A stretch of 64,000 bases of DNA from Octopus vulgaris (GCA_951406725.2 OX597829.1:48112001-48176000), one strand, 5' to 3'; positions 38,948 to 50,630 are shown, counted from the stretch's first letter. A program made the numbers and translations. The notes: generated by a model from the letters alone, not told the origin.

Positions 38948-40082
38948 TTCTTTTTATTGGCCACAAGGGCTGACACACATGATTGGAAAACATAAAGGGA
39001 CAAAACAGGACGAAAGATTACAAAAGGTTTTGTTCGTTTTTCGAAAGAAAAAAGTCCGTGTAAACAAGCTTTACAACAACGAAAAAATTCAACAATTTAC
39101 AATACTCCCAATAGAGGAGACGCTTCGAAAAAATAAAGGTCTCACGTGGAAAAACCCACAAAAGCCACGGGAGCCTGGTCAAAAGTGGGGTAGAGAGCCC
39201 CTTTCTCCTTTTATAATACCTTTTTCAATAACAGGCGAAACCTCAGAATTGGTCCATTTATACTGGCCATTCTTGCACAATTCACTCACCTTTCAGAAAA
39301 CTTGCTATCAGACAGCACTCTCCTCTCTAACCTCATCTTTCTTTTCAAGTGAAACTTGAAAAAGTTGATGAGGCCTTGACCAAAGAGGAACGTGTCTGAC
39401 TTTAGCCCTTTCAAACGGGTCCATCATACAACCTCTTTCGCCACAGCCACTAGGCACAGAAAAACGGCCTTGCCCTCCTTGTTAAAGGAGGTCGGCGGGG
39501 CAATCTTCACTATGGATTCAGCTGATAGCCGGATCCGTCCCATACGTGACAGTAGCTGTTCGACATAAACACATAGTTCAGCAATACTCGGGCACTGGAC
39601 GAGTGCGTGCAGAACGGTTTCGTCGTCCTGGCAACACCTCGGGCCGGTAGAGTTTATCCCGAACAGGCAGAGCCTCTCGGTAGCACTGATAGGCGAGCGA
39701 CCTCTGAAAATTATCCATTGGCCCCGGCCCGAAAGTCCTTCCGAACAGACTGCTCAGTTCGTTATTATCAACGCCTAGAGTTTCCTCGAGAACGTCGTCG
39801 CATTTTTCCTCCACTAATCCTCTATAGAACGCTAGAGTGGAACTAAAACCGATCGAATTGCCCGCTTGGCGGAGGGCGGAGAGAGCTTGACGGCACTCGA
39901 GGTGCCAAGCGCCCTTTCTCGGTCTACGTTTGATCCAGGTCTGCAGCTCTGTCAAAGAGACGAGCTGCGGAAAGTCGCGTCTGACAAAAGACGACCACAC
40001 CTGTTCACCGTCTAGGAAACGCTTGAGATGTCGCAGCCTGAGCGCATGTCTGCGCATCAGTAACCACAGCATGCCAAGGCGG
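38948..40082 (-). mobile_element. 5'-truncated L1/Tx1 LINE (ORF2 C-terminus and 3' UTR)
   Basis: ORF 39578-40072 includes FQRSLAYQCYREALPVRDKLYR, followed by a frameshifted CPRC...ETVLHALVQCP zf-RVT-like region. The 3' end is aataaaaagaa abutting a simple repeat. Confidence 0.9.
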
Positions 40083-40647
40083 CGATCTTTCGTTACAAGA
40101 ACACACGACTGCTAGTTACAAACAACGTGTGTTTATTTACATTTGTAAAGTTGACAGTCGATTTCTGTAAAAAATTTTAATTTTTTTACATATGGGGTTG
40201 GGGAGGATAATAGGATCTTTTGATGTTGGCGTGAATTGGAAGATTTGATGTGCGTATGTGCGTGTGTATGTGTGTGAGGGAGAGAGTGTGTGTGTGTGTG
40301 TGTGTGTCTTTGATGGGGTGTGCGAGACAGAAAGTGTGGTGTGTAAGTGAAGTGCTTTTGTTAGTGTGTGTAAAGAGACAGAGAGAGTAATGTTGCTGCT
40401 GTGTGTGTCTGTGTGAGAGAGATAACTGAATTTTTTTAATTCACTTTTTGTAGTGAGTGACTGAGAGAGAAAAGAAGAGAGAGAGAGAGAGACGTTATGT
40501 ATGTATGTATGGCTTCAGTGACACACACGCACGCTGGTTGTTATGTGTGTACGTATGTGTGTAAGTGTGTGTGTGTGTGTGTGTGAATGGCTTCAGTGAC
40601 ACACACACACAAAAACACCTATTGAATGCCTTTCGAGAGAGGAATGG

Positions 40648-40701
40648 GGATCTTTTCCTTGGAAATTATGTTACAAACTGCCGTTCAAAAGGAAAAGATC
40701 C
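40648..40701. mobile_element. 54-bp GGATC-ended mini element with perfect 8-bp TSD
   Basis: ggatcttttcctt...aaggaaaagatcc flanked by aggaatgg at 40640-40647 and 40702-40709. Confidence 0.9.
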
Positions 40702-40820
40702 AGGAATGGTTGTTTTTATTGTTTTTACTTGTTATTTTCATTTATGTTTATGGGCCATACACACACACACACACACGCACACACATACACACACACACGC
40801 ACATACACACGCACACACAT

Positions 40821-40867
<47 letters not shown>

Positions 40868-41204
40868 AACTCACACACAAACTCACACGCGGAACGCCAA
40901 CTTCTACATTAGACAAAAAAAATTAAAACAATATATATATGAATCTGATCATAAAATCGCCAACAAACACAAAACTCAAAGCACGCACACACACGCACAC
41001 ATACACACACACACACTTACACACACGCGCACACACACACACACAAACGGAACGCCAACTTCAAAAAAAGAACTTCGTGCTCTATCTGTCTGGCTTTTAC
41101 GCTGACTTGAAAAGATACCCTTCCCCCCACCTCACCCCCACACATATATAAAAAGATAAAAATTTTACGGAAAGTGACGATCTAGGTTCGAAATTTCCCC
41201 CCAA

Positions 41205-41250
41205 GACACTTGATGAAGGCTGGAGAGTATATCAGCCGAAATGTTGTGTT
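41205..41250 (+). ncRNA. Degenerate hammerhead motif (same family as 37061)
   Basis: GACAC-UUGAUGA-aGGCUGG..UCAGCC-GAAAUGUU-GUGUU. C3 is mutated to U, so it is likely inactive. Confidence 0.6.
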
Positions 41251-41378
41251 AACAACAAACAAGATGAGGACAAATATCCGTCAAATGTAAATAATGTACA
41301 TAATTCCTCATCACTTAAATATAGAACTATATATATATATATATTGGCTAAATTGGCAATATGACCATTCCGAAATAT

Positions 41379-41430
<52 letters not shown>

Positions 41431-41462
41431 TTTATTTAAAAGCAACAGAAATTCATCAAAAC

Positions 41463-41500
41463 CTGTTACTCGGAGTTTCACGTTCCCGTTCGTCGGACAG
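41463..41500 (-). ncRNA. Variant type I hammerhead motif (CCGACGA core) inside an inverted PLE-like terminus
   Basis: CUGU-CCGACGA-ACG(ggaa)CGU-GAAA-CUC(c)GAG-UA-ACAG. All three stems pair and U4 is C. It sits in an inverted repeat 41429-41481 / 41505-41557. Confidence 0.6.
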
Positions 41501-41623
41501 TTTTGTGAAACTCCGAGTAACAGGTTTTTTTTAATTTCTGCTGCTTTTAAATAAAGCATATTACTCTACCCCTGGTATTTGAGTACTCTTCGTTCCACCT
41601 TGTTTCACATTTGTGTTTACTCC

Positions 41624-41677
<54 letters not shown>

Positions 41678-41760
41678 GGTCCCGGGTTGATTCGGGGTTA
41701 ACCACAGTAAATAAGGTACTCAATACATAGCAGAGTAAAATTAATTTATTATATAGAAGG

Positions 41761-41811
41761 AGCTTCTACAGGACTAGAACTGTTTCATTCAAGAGAAATC
41801 TTCAGGAAGCT
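41761..41811 (-). ncRNA. Complete type I hammerhead ribozyme motif
   Basis: AGCUUC-CUGAAGA-uUUC(ucuu)GAAu-GAAA-CAG(uucuaguc)CUG-UA-GAAGCU: 6-bp stem I, full core, looped stem III and a GUA cleavage triplet. Stem II is weak. AATAAA lies just downstream. Confidence 0.8.
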
Positions 41812-42049
41812 AGTTAACAAGAATTGTATTGGCATTTATACATTTAGGCAGGTTTAAAGGGGTGTTGGTGGGGGACTTTTTGGGGGTAGGCATAGCGCAA
41901 AATATCATACTTGGGGGAGTGGTCAAGGAGTCAGTGTTAAATTAGATAGAAGAATAAATAAAAAATAAAAAAAATAAAATAAAAATATATATATATATAT
42001 AAAAAAAGGGGGGAATAGAGTTTTAGGTAAATAAGGAGATTCTCACTTA

Positions 42050-42371
42050 TACCTATGCACATATGTATACATATATACACACACGCATACAAACATATAT
42101 ACATATACATACACACATACATACACACACATATATATATACATATATATACACTTACACATACATATACATATCTACACATACACATATATGTATACAT
42201 ACACACACTCACATGCATACACGTATACACACATGTATATATACACACACACGACCACACATACACGCATACACACACAAATCCACACACACACATGCAC
42301 ACACAGCACACTAGTCCCTATATACACATATATACACATACACACATATATACACACACATACATATACAT

Positions 42372-42421
<50 letters not shown>

Positions 42422-42830
42422 CTGTACCTATGCATACCTACACATACACACATATATATATACACATACAAATACAGACCCATCCCCTAATTTTAATTTT
42501 ATTATCTTCGTTTATTACTTTTGTTATCTTTGGCCGCTTGGTCACAAACATCTTGGCTATGACAGCCAGTCCATTTATCTGTCTACTGGAAAACAAGCAC
42601 TCATTCACTCACGCACACTCTTTAGCACGTACACTCACTCATTCGTACACTCATACACATACACGCACGCACGCGTTATATTCATACATACATACATCTA
42701 CATACATTCACGTATATACACATACGTACGCGTACCTACAGATTCATGTCTACACTCTTAGAAGGCTAGTCTATACATATACACCAATAAATATAAATAC
42801 ACACACATACACGTACACCTACATACAAAT

Positions 42831-42884
<54 letters not shown>

Positions 42885-43097
42885 TCACATATATATACAC
42901 ATATATACATACACATACATACATACACACATATACACATATACACACATATACACATATATACACACATACACATACATACATATACACACATACACAT
43001 ACATACGTATACATACATACATACATCCATACATACATACATTTATACACATACACACACCCACATACATACATATATATACGCGCATATATATATA

Positions 43098-43143
<46 letters not shown>

Positions 43144-43555
43144 CATATATACATATATATTCATACACACACATACATATACATACATACATATACAAAT
43201 ATACGCACACACATACATACATACTCATATACTCATACACGCACATACACATGTACATGCGTACCCATACACACACACACACATTCGCGCGTCCATATAT
43301 ACACATAAGTACACCCATGCGTAAAAGTATACATATATCTATGCTTACACATACACACACACACACGCGCCTCCTTATATTCATACTTACATGCATACTC
43401 AAAAAATAAGTAAATAGTAAAATATATATACGCGCAGTTATTCATACATGCATACTCAAAAAATATATATATACATACATACATACATACATACATACAT
43501 ACATACATACATACATACATACATACATACATGCACGCGCATACACACACACATT
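42050..43555. repeat. Long degenerate (CA/TA/CATA)n low-complexity tract
   Basis: Alternating purine-pyrimidine runs that generate spurious H/I/Y/T ORFs. Similar tracts at 36075-36205 and 40755-41045. Confidence 0.95.
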
Positions 43556-43566
43556 ATAGATAGATG

Positions 43567-44291
43567 GGATCTTTTCGGTTTGAACGGCACTTTGTAACAT
43601 AATTTCTAGGTAACTAAAAAATTTTAAACTTCGTATACTGGTAGAATGTGTTTATAAAACATTTTTTTCTCTTGGCTTTATTAAGAAAATTCTATAGTTT
43701 GTAAGATATTTGTTATTGTTTTTTCTGCAATTTCAACCAATCACTGACATTTATTCAGGTAAAAAACATTCTGTGCCGTATGAATATGTCCCTCGTTTAA
43801 GAAACAGATTGGGTTTATTTACATTTCTGAAGAAAAAAAAAAGATACCCTTCCCCCCATCCCTAAACCTAAAACAGATTGAAATGGAATAGATCGATACT
43901 AGGGTCATAATTATGGGTGACAATTTCATGACACCGCTAGAAAAAACTACCGTTCAAACCGAAAAGATCCTCTTTTTCTCTTGGCTTTATTGAGAAAATT
44001 CTATAGTTTGTAAGATATTTGTTGTTTTTTCTTCAATTTCTGCAATTTCAACCAATCAATGACATCTATTGAGGTAAAAAAAACATTCTGTGCCGTATGA
44101 ATATGTCCCTCGTTTAAGAAACAGATTGGGTTTATTTACATTTCTGAAGAAAAAAAGATACCCTTCCCCCACCCCTAACACTAACCCTAAAACAGATCGA
44201 AATGCAATAGATCGATACTAGGGTCATAATTATGGGTGACAATTTCATATGACACCGCTAGAAAAAACTGCCGTTCAAACCGAAAACATTC
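43567..44291. mobile_element. Tandem-dimer form of the GGATC-ended MITE
   Basis: Complete unit 43567-43970 followed by a 5'-truncated direct copy to 44291. Outer flanks gatagatg / gatagatt (7/8 TSD). Confidence 0.88.
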
Positions 44292-44430
44292 GATAGATTA
44301 CTTGTCTCAAGTAATAATATTCGAAGAACAATTTACGAAACTACAAGACTACATCTGTTACGAAACTAAAGTTCTCAATTCAGTATTATAAATTGCTTCC
44401 TTGCAACCCCTCAAGCACGTGTTGTCAACA

Positions 44431-44527
44431 ATGGCTCAAGGTTCCTTGAAAAGTAAACTAAAAGTCCCCAACATGAAAAACAAGCAAAAACACGGAGTGA
44501 GGAAACAGTCCATGAAAAAGCAAAGAG
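44431..44527 (+). CDS. C19orf53: Leydig cell tumor 10 kDa protein homolog (UPF0390), exon 1
   Basis: MAQGSLKSKLKVPNMKNKQKHGVRKQSMKKQR(G). The MAQG..K start is typical of the family. Donor AG|gtagaa, phase 1. Confidence 0.88.
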
Positions 44528-46452
44528 GTAGAAGAAATATTCTGAACATTTTGATTGTCTTTAAATTTTGTAAAATTTACTGAAAATGTATTTTGTGTAC
44601 AAATACAATCTTCTGAGATTTATTATTATTGCTTTATGATTAAATTTAACATTTATTCCGCCCCTTTTCTCCCCTCTTAGTAACCGAACCTTAAATATAA
44701 GTTAGAGATAGTTAAGATTTTATCGGGTATATTTCGGTGGCGTAGCCGTATTTCATCTGCAGTTACGTTCTGAGTTCAAATTCCGCCGAGGTCGACTTCG
44801 CCTTTCATCCTTTCGGGGTCGATAAATTAAGTACCAGTTACACACTGGAGTCGATATAATCGACTTAATCCGTTTGTCTGTCCTTGTTTGTCCCCTCTGT
44901 GTTTAGCCCCTTGAGGGTAGTAAAGAAATATATATTTTGGTGGTGGTGGTTATGTTGGGAACATAAGAGACGGAATTCTGCTTTACGCACAACCCCTCGT
45001 ACCTTAATTATGTTTTGGAATTTTCAGAAAATTTTTGCGTATTTGTATTCTTCACAGCGAAATTCATTCACTTATGCAAAAACCAAAGTTTAAAATAAAA
45101 TCTGCGTGATTTAAGGGGTATCATATAGCTGTTATTTTTAACACATCTCATGTCCACCACAGGCCCTCCTCGTTTGTGTCTGACGTTTTGAGGTTTTTCA
45201 ATGTCTTTCTGCTCGTAAGCACACAATTACAACAGGTATATAGCCCACTTGTTTGTATTATAGTGCATTGTACCATTCAAAACTTTTTATTCTTTAACCC
45301 ATTTAGGTTAATATAAACATCTTCATCCGTTAACAAAAACCCAGCCTGCTGGGTGTTAACAACTGTAGAAAACGAATAATAATAATAAAATTACGCCATA
45401 ATTTCGGACTGTTTTTAAACTAATTTTTAAAAAAATTCGGAAAATTAACCCCACCCCAAATTCTTCTAAAGTTCGAAAAAATTAACCAAATTTTTTTTCA
45501 TTCGAAAAATTAAAGGAATTTTGGTTAATGTTTACATCTTGACCATTCCAGTGTATTTTTTGGATTTTCATTTCTGGGTCAAGATGTAAATTTTTGTTTT
45601 TTCGCAGTCTTGTGAATTTCTGTGTGTATGATACAAAAAAATCGCAATTTTTTTTTTTCTGAAAATTTCTAATGATAGAAAAGTTGAGTGGTTTTCTTCA
45701 AAAGCCTTTTAGTTAAGAAGGTTGCTTCCCAACACAGTTTCGGGTTTGGTCCCACTGCACATCATCCTGGGAAGATGTCTTCTCTTATAGCTGTCCAAAG
45801 CTTAGTCAATGGGTGGACTTGGCAGATAATACACAACGGGCTTCTTTCAGTTCCCATCCGTCAAATGCACTCACAAAGCTTTCGTCGGCAAGAGGCCTGC
45901 CCCAGGTGCCATGGAGTCGGATTGAACCCAGAGCCATGTGGTTACAAAGCAATTCTCTAACCGCACATTCCCACCTGAACTTATACTCTTTTACTTGTTT
46001 CAGTCATTTGACTGTGGCCATGCTGGAGCGCCGCCTTTAGTCGAGCAACTCGATTCCGGGACTTATTCTTTGTAAGCCCAGTACTTATTCTATCAGTCTC
46101 TTTTGCCGAACCGCTAAGTGACGGGGACATAAACACACCAGCATCGGTTGTCAAGCAATGCTAGGGGGACAAACACAGACATACAAACATACACGCAAAT
46201 ATATATATATACATATATACGACGGGCTTCTTTCAGTTTCCGTCTACCAAATCCACTCGCAAGGCTTTGGTCGGCCCGAGGCTATAGTAGAAGACACTCG
46301 ACCAAGGTGCCACGCAGTGGGACTGAACCCGAAACCATGTGGTTGGTAAGCAAGCTACTTACCACACAGCCACTTCTGCGCTTATGCTAATGATTTATTT
46401 ATCCTTCATTGAGGAAATACTATATTAAAAAACAAAATTTACTTCTTTGCAG

Positions 46453-46508
46453 GACGATATATTCAACCAAAAAATGCAAAGGTTAAAGAGAATGAAAAAT
46501 TGAAGCTG
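46453..46508 (+). CDS. C19orf53: Leydig cell tumor 10 kDa protein homolog, exon 2
   Basis: ttctttgcag| 56 nt |gtgagt encoding (G)RYIQPKNAKVKENEKLKL, compare human GRVIAPKKARVVQQQKLKK. Phases fit exons 1 and 3. Confidence 0.92.
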
Positions 46509-47678
46509 GTGAGTTTTGTTTCGATTCATTTGATGATATTTTATGATTTATCTTTTATTTTTCATTTTATTTGGACCATTGGGGATCCATAATAATATTT
46601 TGTTGTTAAAATTTATTAGCAATAATAAATTGGTTATACTTGTAAAGTGTTTTAACAATTTTTTTTTTTCATACAATTACTAATATTTAATTAGGAAAAT
46701 TTAACTGGATTTTATTTAAACATTGAATGGTTTGTGGGGATCCACTTGAGTAAAACAGGAATCAGAGGGCAAAAAAGGGTTGGAAACCATTTATCTATGT
46801 AATTGCTTGACCTGCTCAATGAAGTTGCCAAAACTCTTAAAAGAAACAAGGACGGAAAAACAGACGATGTTACACGAATATAAATACAATAAAAATAATA
46901 ATAATAATAACAGAACATAACAACAGGTGTCTTTCGGCTGGAGACGAATCGAATTCAGTTAACGTGTGTAGAAATGAAGCCTTACGGCAGAGATACAAAA
47001 CTTTCACAGGAGGCGCAATGGCCTAGTGGTTAGGGCAGCGGACTCGCGGTCGCAGGATCGCGGTTTCGATTCTCAGACCGGGCGTTGTGTGTGTTTATTG
47101 AGCGAAAACACCTAAAAGCTCTACGAGGCTCCGGCAGGGGGTGGTGATCCCTGCTGTACTCTTTCACCACAATGGCGGTGCCCCAGCATGGCCACAGCTC
47201 AAGAGCTGAAACTGGAAAAACAAAACAAAACAAAACAAAAACAAAACAGGGAATAATATCGATGTGGCAGTGACCACAGTCAGATGCAAAAAGAGGGCTA
47301 GCAGTCTGGCCTATTGATCACATGAGAAGAGAGAGAAAAAGAGGAACAAAAGGAGAGAGTTGTAGAAGCAGATGGACAGAAGAATTGTATTTATATTCGT
47401 GTAACATTGTCTGTTTTTCTGTCCTTGTTTTCGTATACATTCAATGCTTTCTTCCAAAGAATCTAATGCTCTTAGCTTAGTTTTTCTTTGGGGCTGGCCA
47501 GATTGGAGCAATCTCAAGATTAATCAGCTGAAATAGCGAGGAGGATCCGGTTCTTGACTGAGGATAGAAAACTTCGAATGACCCATCCTTGTTTTTTTGT
47601 ATCGTTTATCTGGATATTTTATTGTCCCCTCTTGTATCACCTAGTCATCCGGATGTTTTGCGTTCTTGTCTCATTTTG

Positions 47679-47720
<42 letters not shown>

Positions 47721-48710
47721 GCACACACACATGAAAAATGTTTTCATATAAGCAAGGTTTTTTTTTTATAATTTTACTGAAGACATACTGGTGTATATAT
47801 TCACATGGTTTAATCTGTTATACATAAAGAATTTTACATATGAGAAGTTTTTTGAGTGGATAAATTTTTGTACTGCTGTCAAATGGAAGGCAGACGTTAA
47901 ACATTGATTATGATGATTGCAGTCAAGAGGTTTTCTTGTAGAAGAGATATGTCTGTATGTGAATATATATTTTATGAATATTTAGCAGAAGTAACAGAGT
48001 GATGCAATGTCCAAGACTTGTGTGTTGACACTTACCAAACTATTAAAAATTTACATATACTATATTTCTTGTTTGCACCAACATACCTGTGTGTATGTAT
48101 GTAAGTGTATATATATGTGTGTGTGTCGCCAGCTTAATTTAATTTGTCCTTAGTCAAACGACACTTGTTGTTAATGTCCTTATTTGTATTTGTGTACCAT
48201 TTCATTTTTTCTGTCCTTGTTTTCATATACATTTGCTGCTTTCTTCCAAAGAATCTAGTGCTCTTAGCTTAGTTTTTTCTTGGGGCTGGCCAGATTGGAG
48301 TAATCTTGAGTATAACCAGCCGAAATTGCAAAGATATTCTAGAACTCGACTGAAGAAAGAAAACTCCGAATGACCCGTCCTTTTTTGTATCGTCTGTCTG
48401 AATGTTTTGTTGTCCCCTTTTTTGTATCCTCTGTCTGGATGTTTTGCTTTCTTATCCCATTTTTGGTATTCCTTTATATATATAAATTTAACTGTTTTGC
48501 ATTTAGATTATTCTGTCAAATATAATGCTTATTTATTCACATTTTTTTTGTTATTTAAATTTTGCATTCTCATGGTATTGAGATTTTCATGATGTGACTG
48601 TTTATTTTTGGAATGACGTAGGGTAAGCATAAGAAACTGGATCTGGCCAGTTTGGATTTTAAAAAATGTCAAGAACTATCAATTAAACAATAATTATATT
48701 TCTATTCTAG

Positions 48711-48860
48711 TTTCTGGAAAAAGAGATCAAGACCAACATTGAAAATGAAGTATCATCCGTGGCCATTTCAAATGAAGCAAAGAAGTTTCATATTGTGAAG
48801 TTGAGTAAACAAGCTGCTGGAAGAATAGAAAAAAAGAGGAAACAGAAAGGCAAAAAATAA
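48711..48860 (+). CDS. C19orf53: Leydig cell tumor 10 kDa protein homolog, exon 3
   Basis: tctattctag|FLEKEIKTNIENEVSSVAISNEAKKFHIVKLSKQAAGRIEKKRKQKGKK*, compare NLEVGIRKKIEHDVVMKA...KKLALLK. Total CDS 97+56+150=303 nt (100 aa). Confidence 0.92.
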   Translation, partial: FLEKEIKTNIENEVSSVAISNEAKKFHIVKLSKQAAGRIEKKRKQKGKK

Positions 48861-48862
48861 GG

Positions 48863-48868
48863 AATAAA
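48863..48868 (+). promoter_or_regulatory. Candidate polyadenylation signal
   Basis: AATAAA directly after the stop codon, followed by T-rich sequence. Confidence 0.45.
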
Positions 48869-48969
48869 ACTAAAAAAAAAATAATTTATAATTTTGATTT
48901 ATATTATTATTATTATTATTCATACTGGCTGGACATTTGTTGTATTGCTTGTAAGTTTCTGTTTATTTG

Positions 48970-50630
48970 TATCTCCAAAAGTTAATCGTTTGTGTTAGAA
49001 AATGCGTGTTGAAGCCACCAGTATTACATAGACCTGGTTGGGTTTTTTGTGAGTGCCCCTTTGGTGGATCAGATTTGAAAAAATTTTTCATTTTGTTTTG
49101 AAGAAAAAATAATTTCAAAAACGAACGTGGCAATGTCCACCCTGTCCAGTGACGGTGGGTGGGAGGAAGTCAGAGGTAGTTCTGATTGAGAGTTGTAATA
49201 CACATCATGTCCTCCACCTTCAACTGTCAAATGGAAGGAGAGATAAACATTCACCAAGTCCAAAGAGTAGTGGACCATACTACTATGAGGTTAACAGCAG
49301 TGGCAAGAATGACAGTGCAACACAGGAATTTTAACTCCAACTATGAAATTGACTTCCCCCACCACTGAAAGCAGCGATATCACAGGCATCAAACAAAAGT
49401 GATGTCATCTTCACCACCACCACCACTGCAACAACAACGATTATGGCAAAAGGTAAAAACAGAAACAACAAACCAGAGCAGCACAAATGGCAGCAGTGTT
49501 TCCTATATGGATTGCAATAACAACAACAACAACAACTGCAGTACATTCACAGCAACTGTTGCTAAAGTTAACTGAACCGTATATGGATATCCTACAAAAA
49601 GATGCATGTCTGGTCCAAGCTTCCAAACTCATCAAATTCAAAAACTGACAGGGTGACGTTGCTCCCCTCTTTCCTGACGTGTTAGCAGAAACACAAAAAT
49701 ATATGTAATATATGAATGCTTTTCCATAAACACAAAGCAGCTCAAGACGATTAGTCAGACAAACATAGAATTAGATTTAAGGATGTGTTGAATCAATCAC
49801 TAAATTCCCTACAGCTTAATATAATGTCTCAGAGAAAGTTGTTGCCTGGAGATCGATCTGTGGGGCTTAACCCTTTTGTTACCGTATTTATTTTGAGATG
49901 CTCTGTGTTTCTTTCAATTACTTTAAATATAACAAAGAATTTAGTAAAATAACTTAGTTATCATTCAGCCAGTGTCAGGAACATAAATTGTGACTAAGGT
50001 TTGGTGGAAGATTTTAATTCAGATCTTTGAAAACAAGACATTTGTACTCAGAACCAGAGTCGGTTTCAGCCAGGTTGGTAATGAAAGGGTTAAGGATATG
50101 TTGAAACAATCACTAAATTTCCTACAGATTAATTTAATGTCTCCAAAAGTTTATTTTGTTACAAAACATTAGTCAAAACCACCACCTTTGCATAGGTTTG
50201 GTTGGTTTCATTGTTTGTGCCCCTTTGCTGGCCCAGATATAAAAAGAAAATATTTTTTGAAAAAACAAACATGGCAGAGTCATCTTTGATAGTGCGGTAC
50301 AAGACATGGTAATGCCCTCCACCTTCTACACGCAAATGGAAGGGGAGGTTAGCACCCACCAAGTTCAAAGTTCAGTGGATAACAAAACCTCTATGGCAAC
50401 AAAGAACAGCAGCATCAGTCAAGTCACAGCTCAGGAATTTAATTTCAATTTTGGGTTCCCTTCAATTAATGAGACTGTACCAAAGTTGTGAATCAGTGGC
50501 AGGTCAACAAGCACGGCCACAACCTACTACACTGCTACCACAAAAATTGTGATTGGGGGAAAACAAAAACAGTAGCCTCAACAACTTAAATGCGACAATA
50601 TTTCCATTGTGAATGACAACAGCAATACAT
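48970..50630 (+). mobile_element. Two diverged copies of a probable LINE 5' UTR / ORF1 start
   Basis: MSSTFNCQMEGEINIHQVQRVVD (49208) versus MPSTFYTQMEGEVSTHQVQSSVD (50312), each preceded by a similar gtgcccctttg.tgg leader. Confidence 0.5.
49871..50089. mobile_element. piggyBac-type MITE
   Basis: TTAA|cccttttgttacc ... ggtaatgaaaggg|TTAA. Confidence 0.9.

Noticed and set aside
42055-43409. 417-aa and overlapping H/I/Y/T-rich ORFs
   Set aside because: Translation of CA/TA microsatellite that lacks stops by composition. No domain or codon signal.
47551-47595. CTGAGGA...GAAT hammerhead-like motif (also 48347 and minus strand 5100-5130)
   Set aside because: The second box is GAAU rather than GAAA in all three copies, and I could not build stems I and III.
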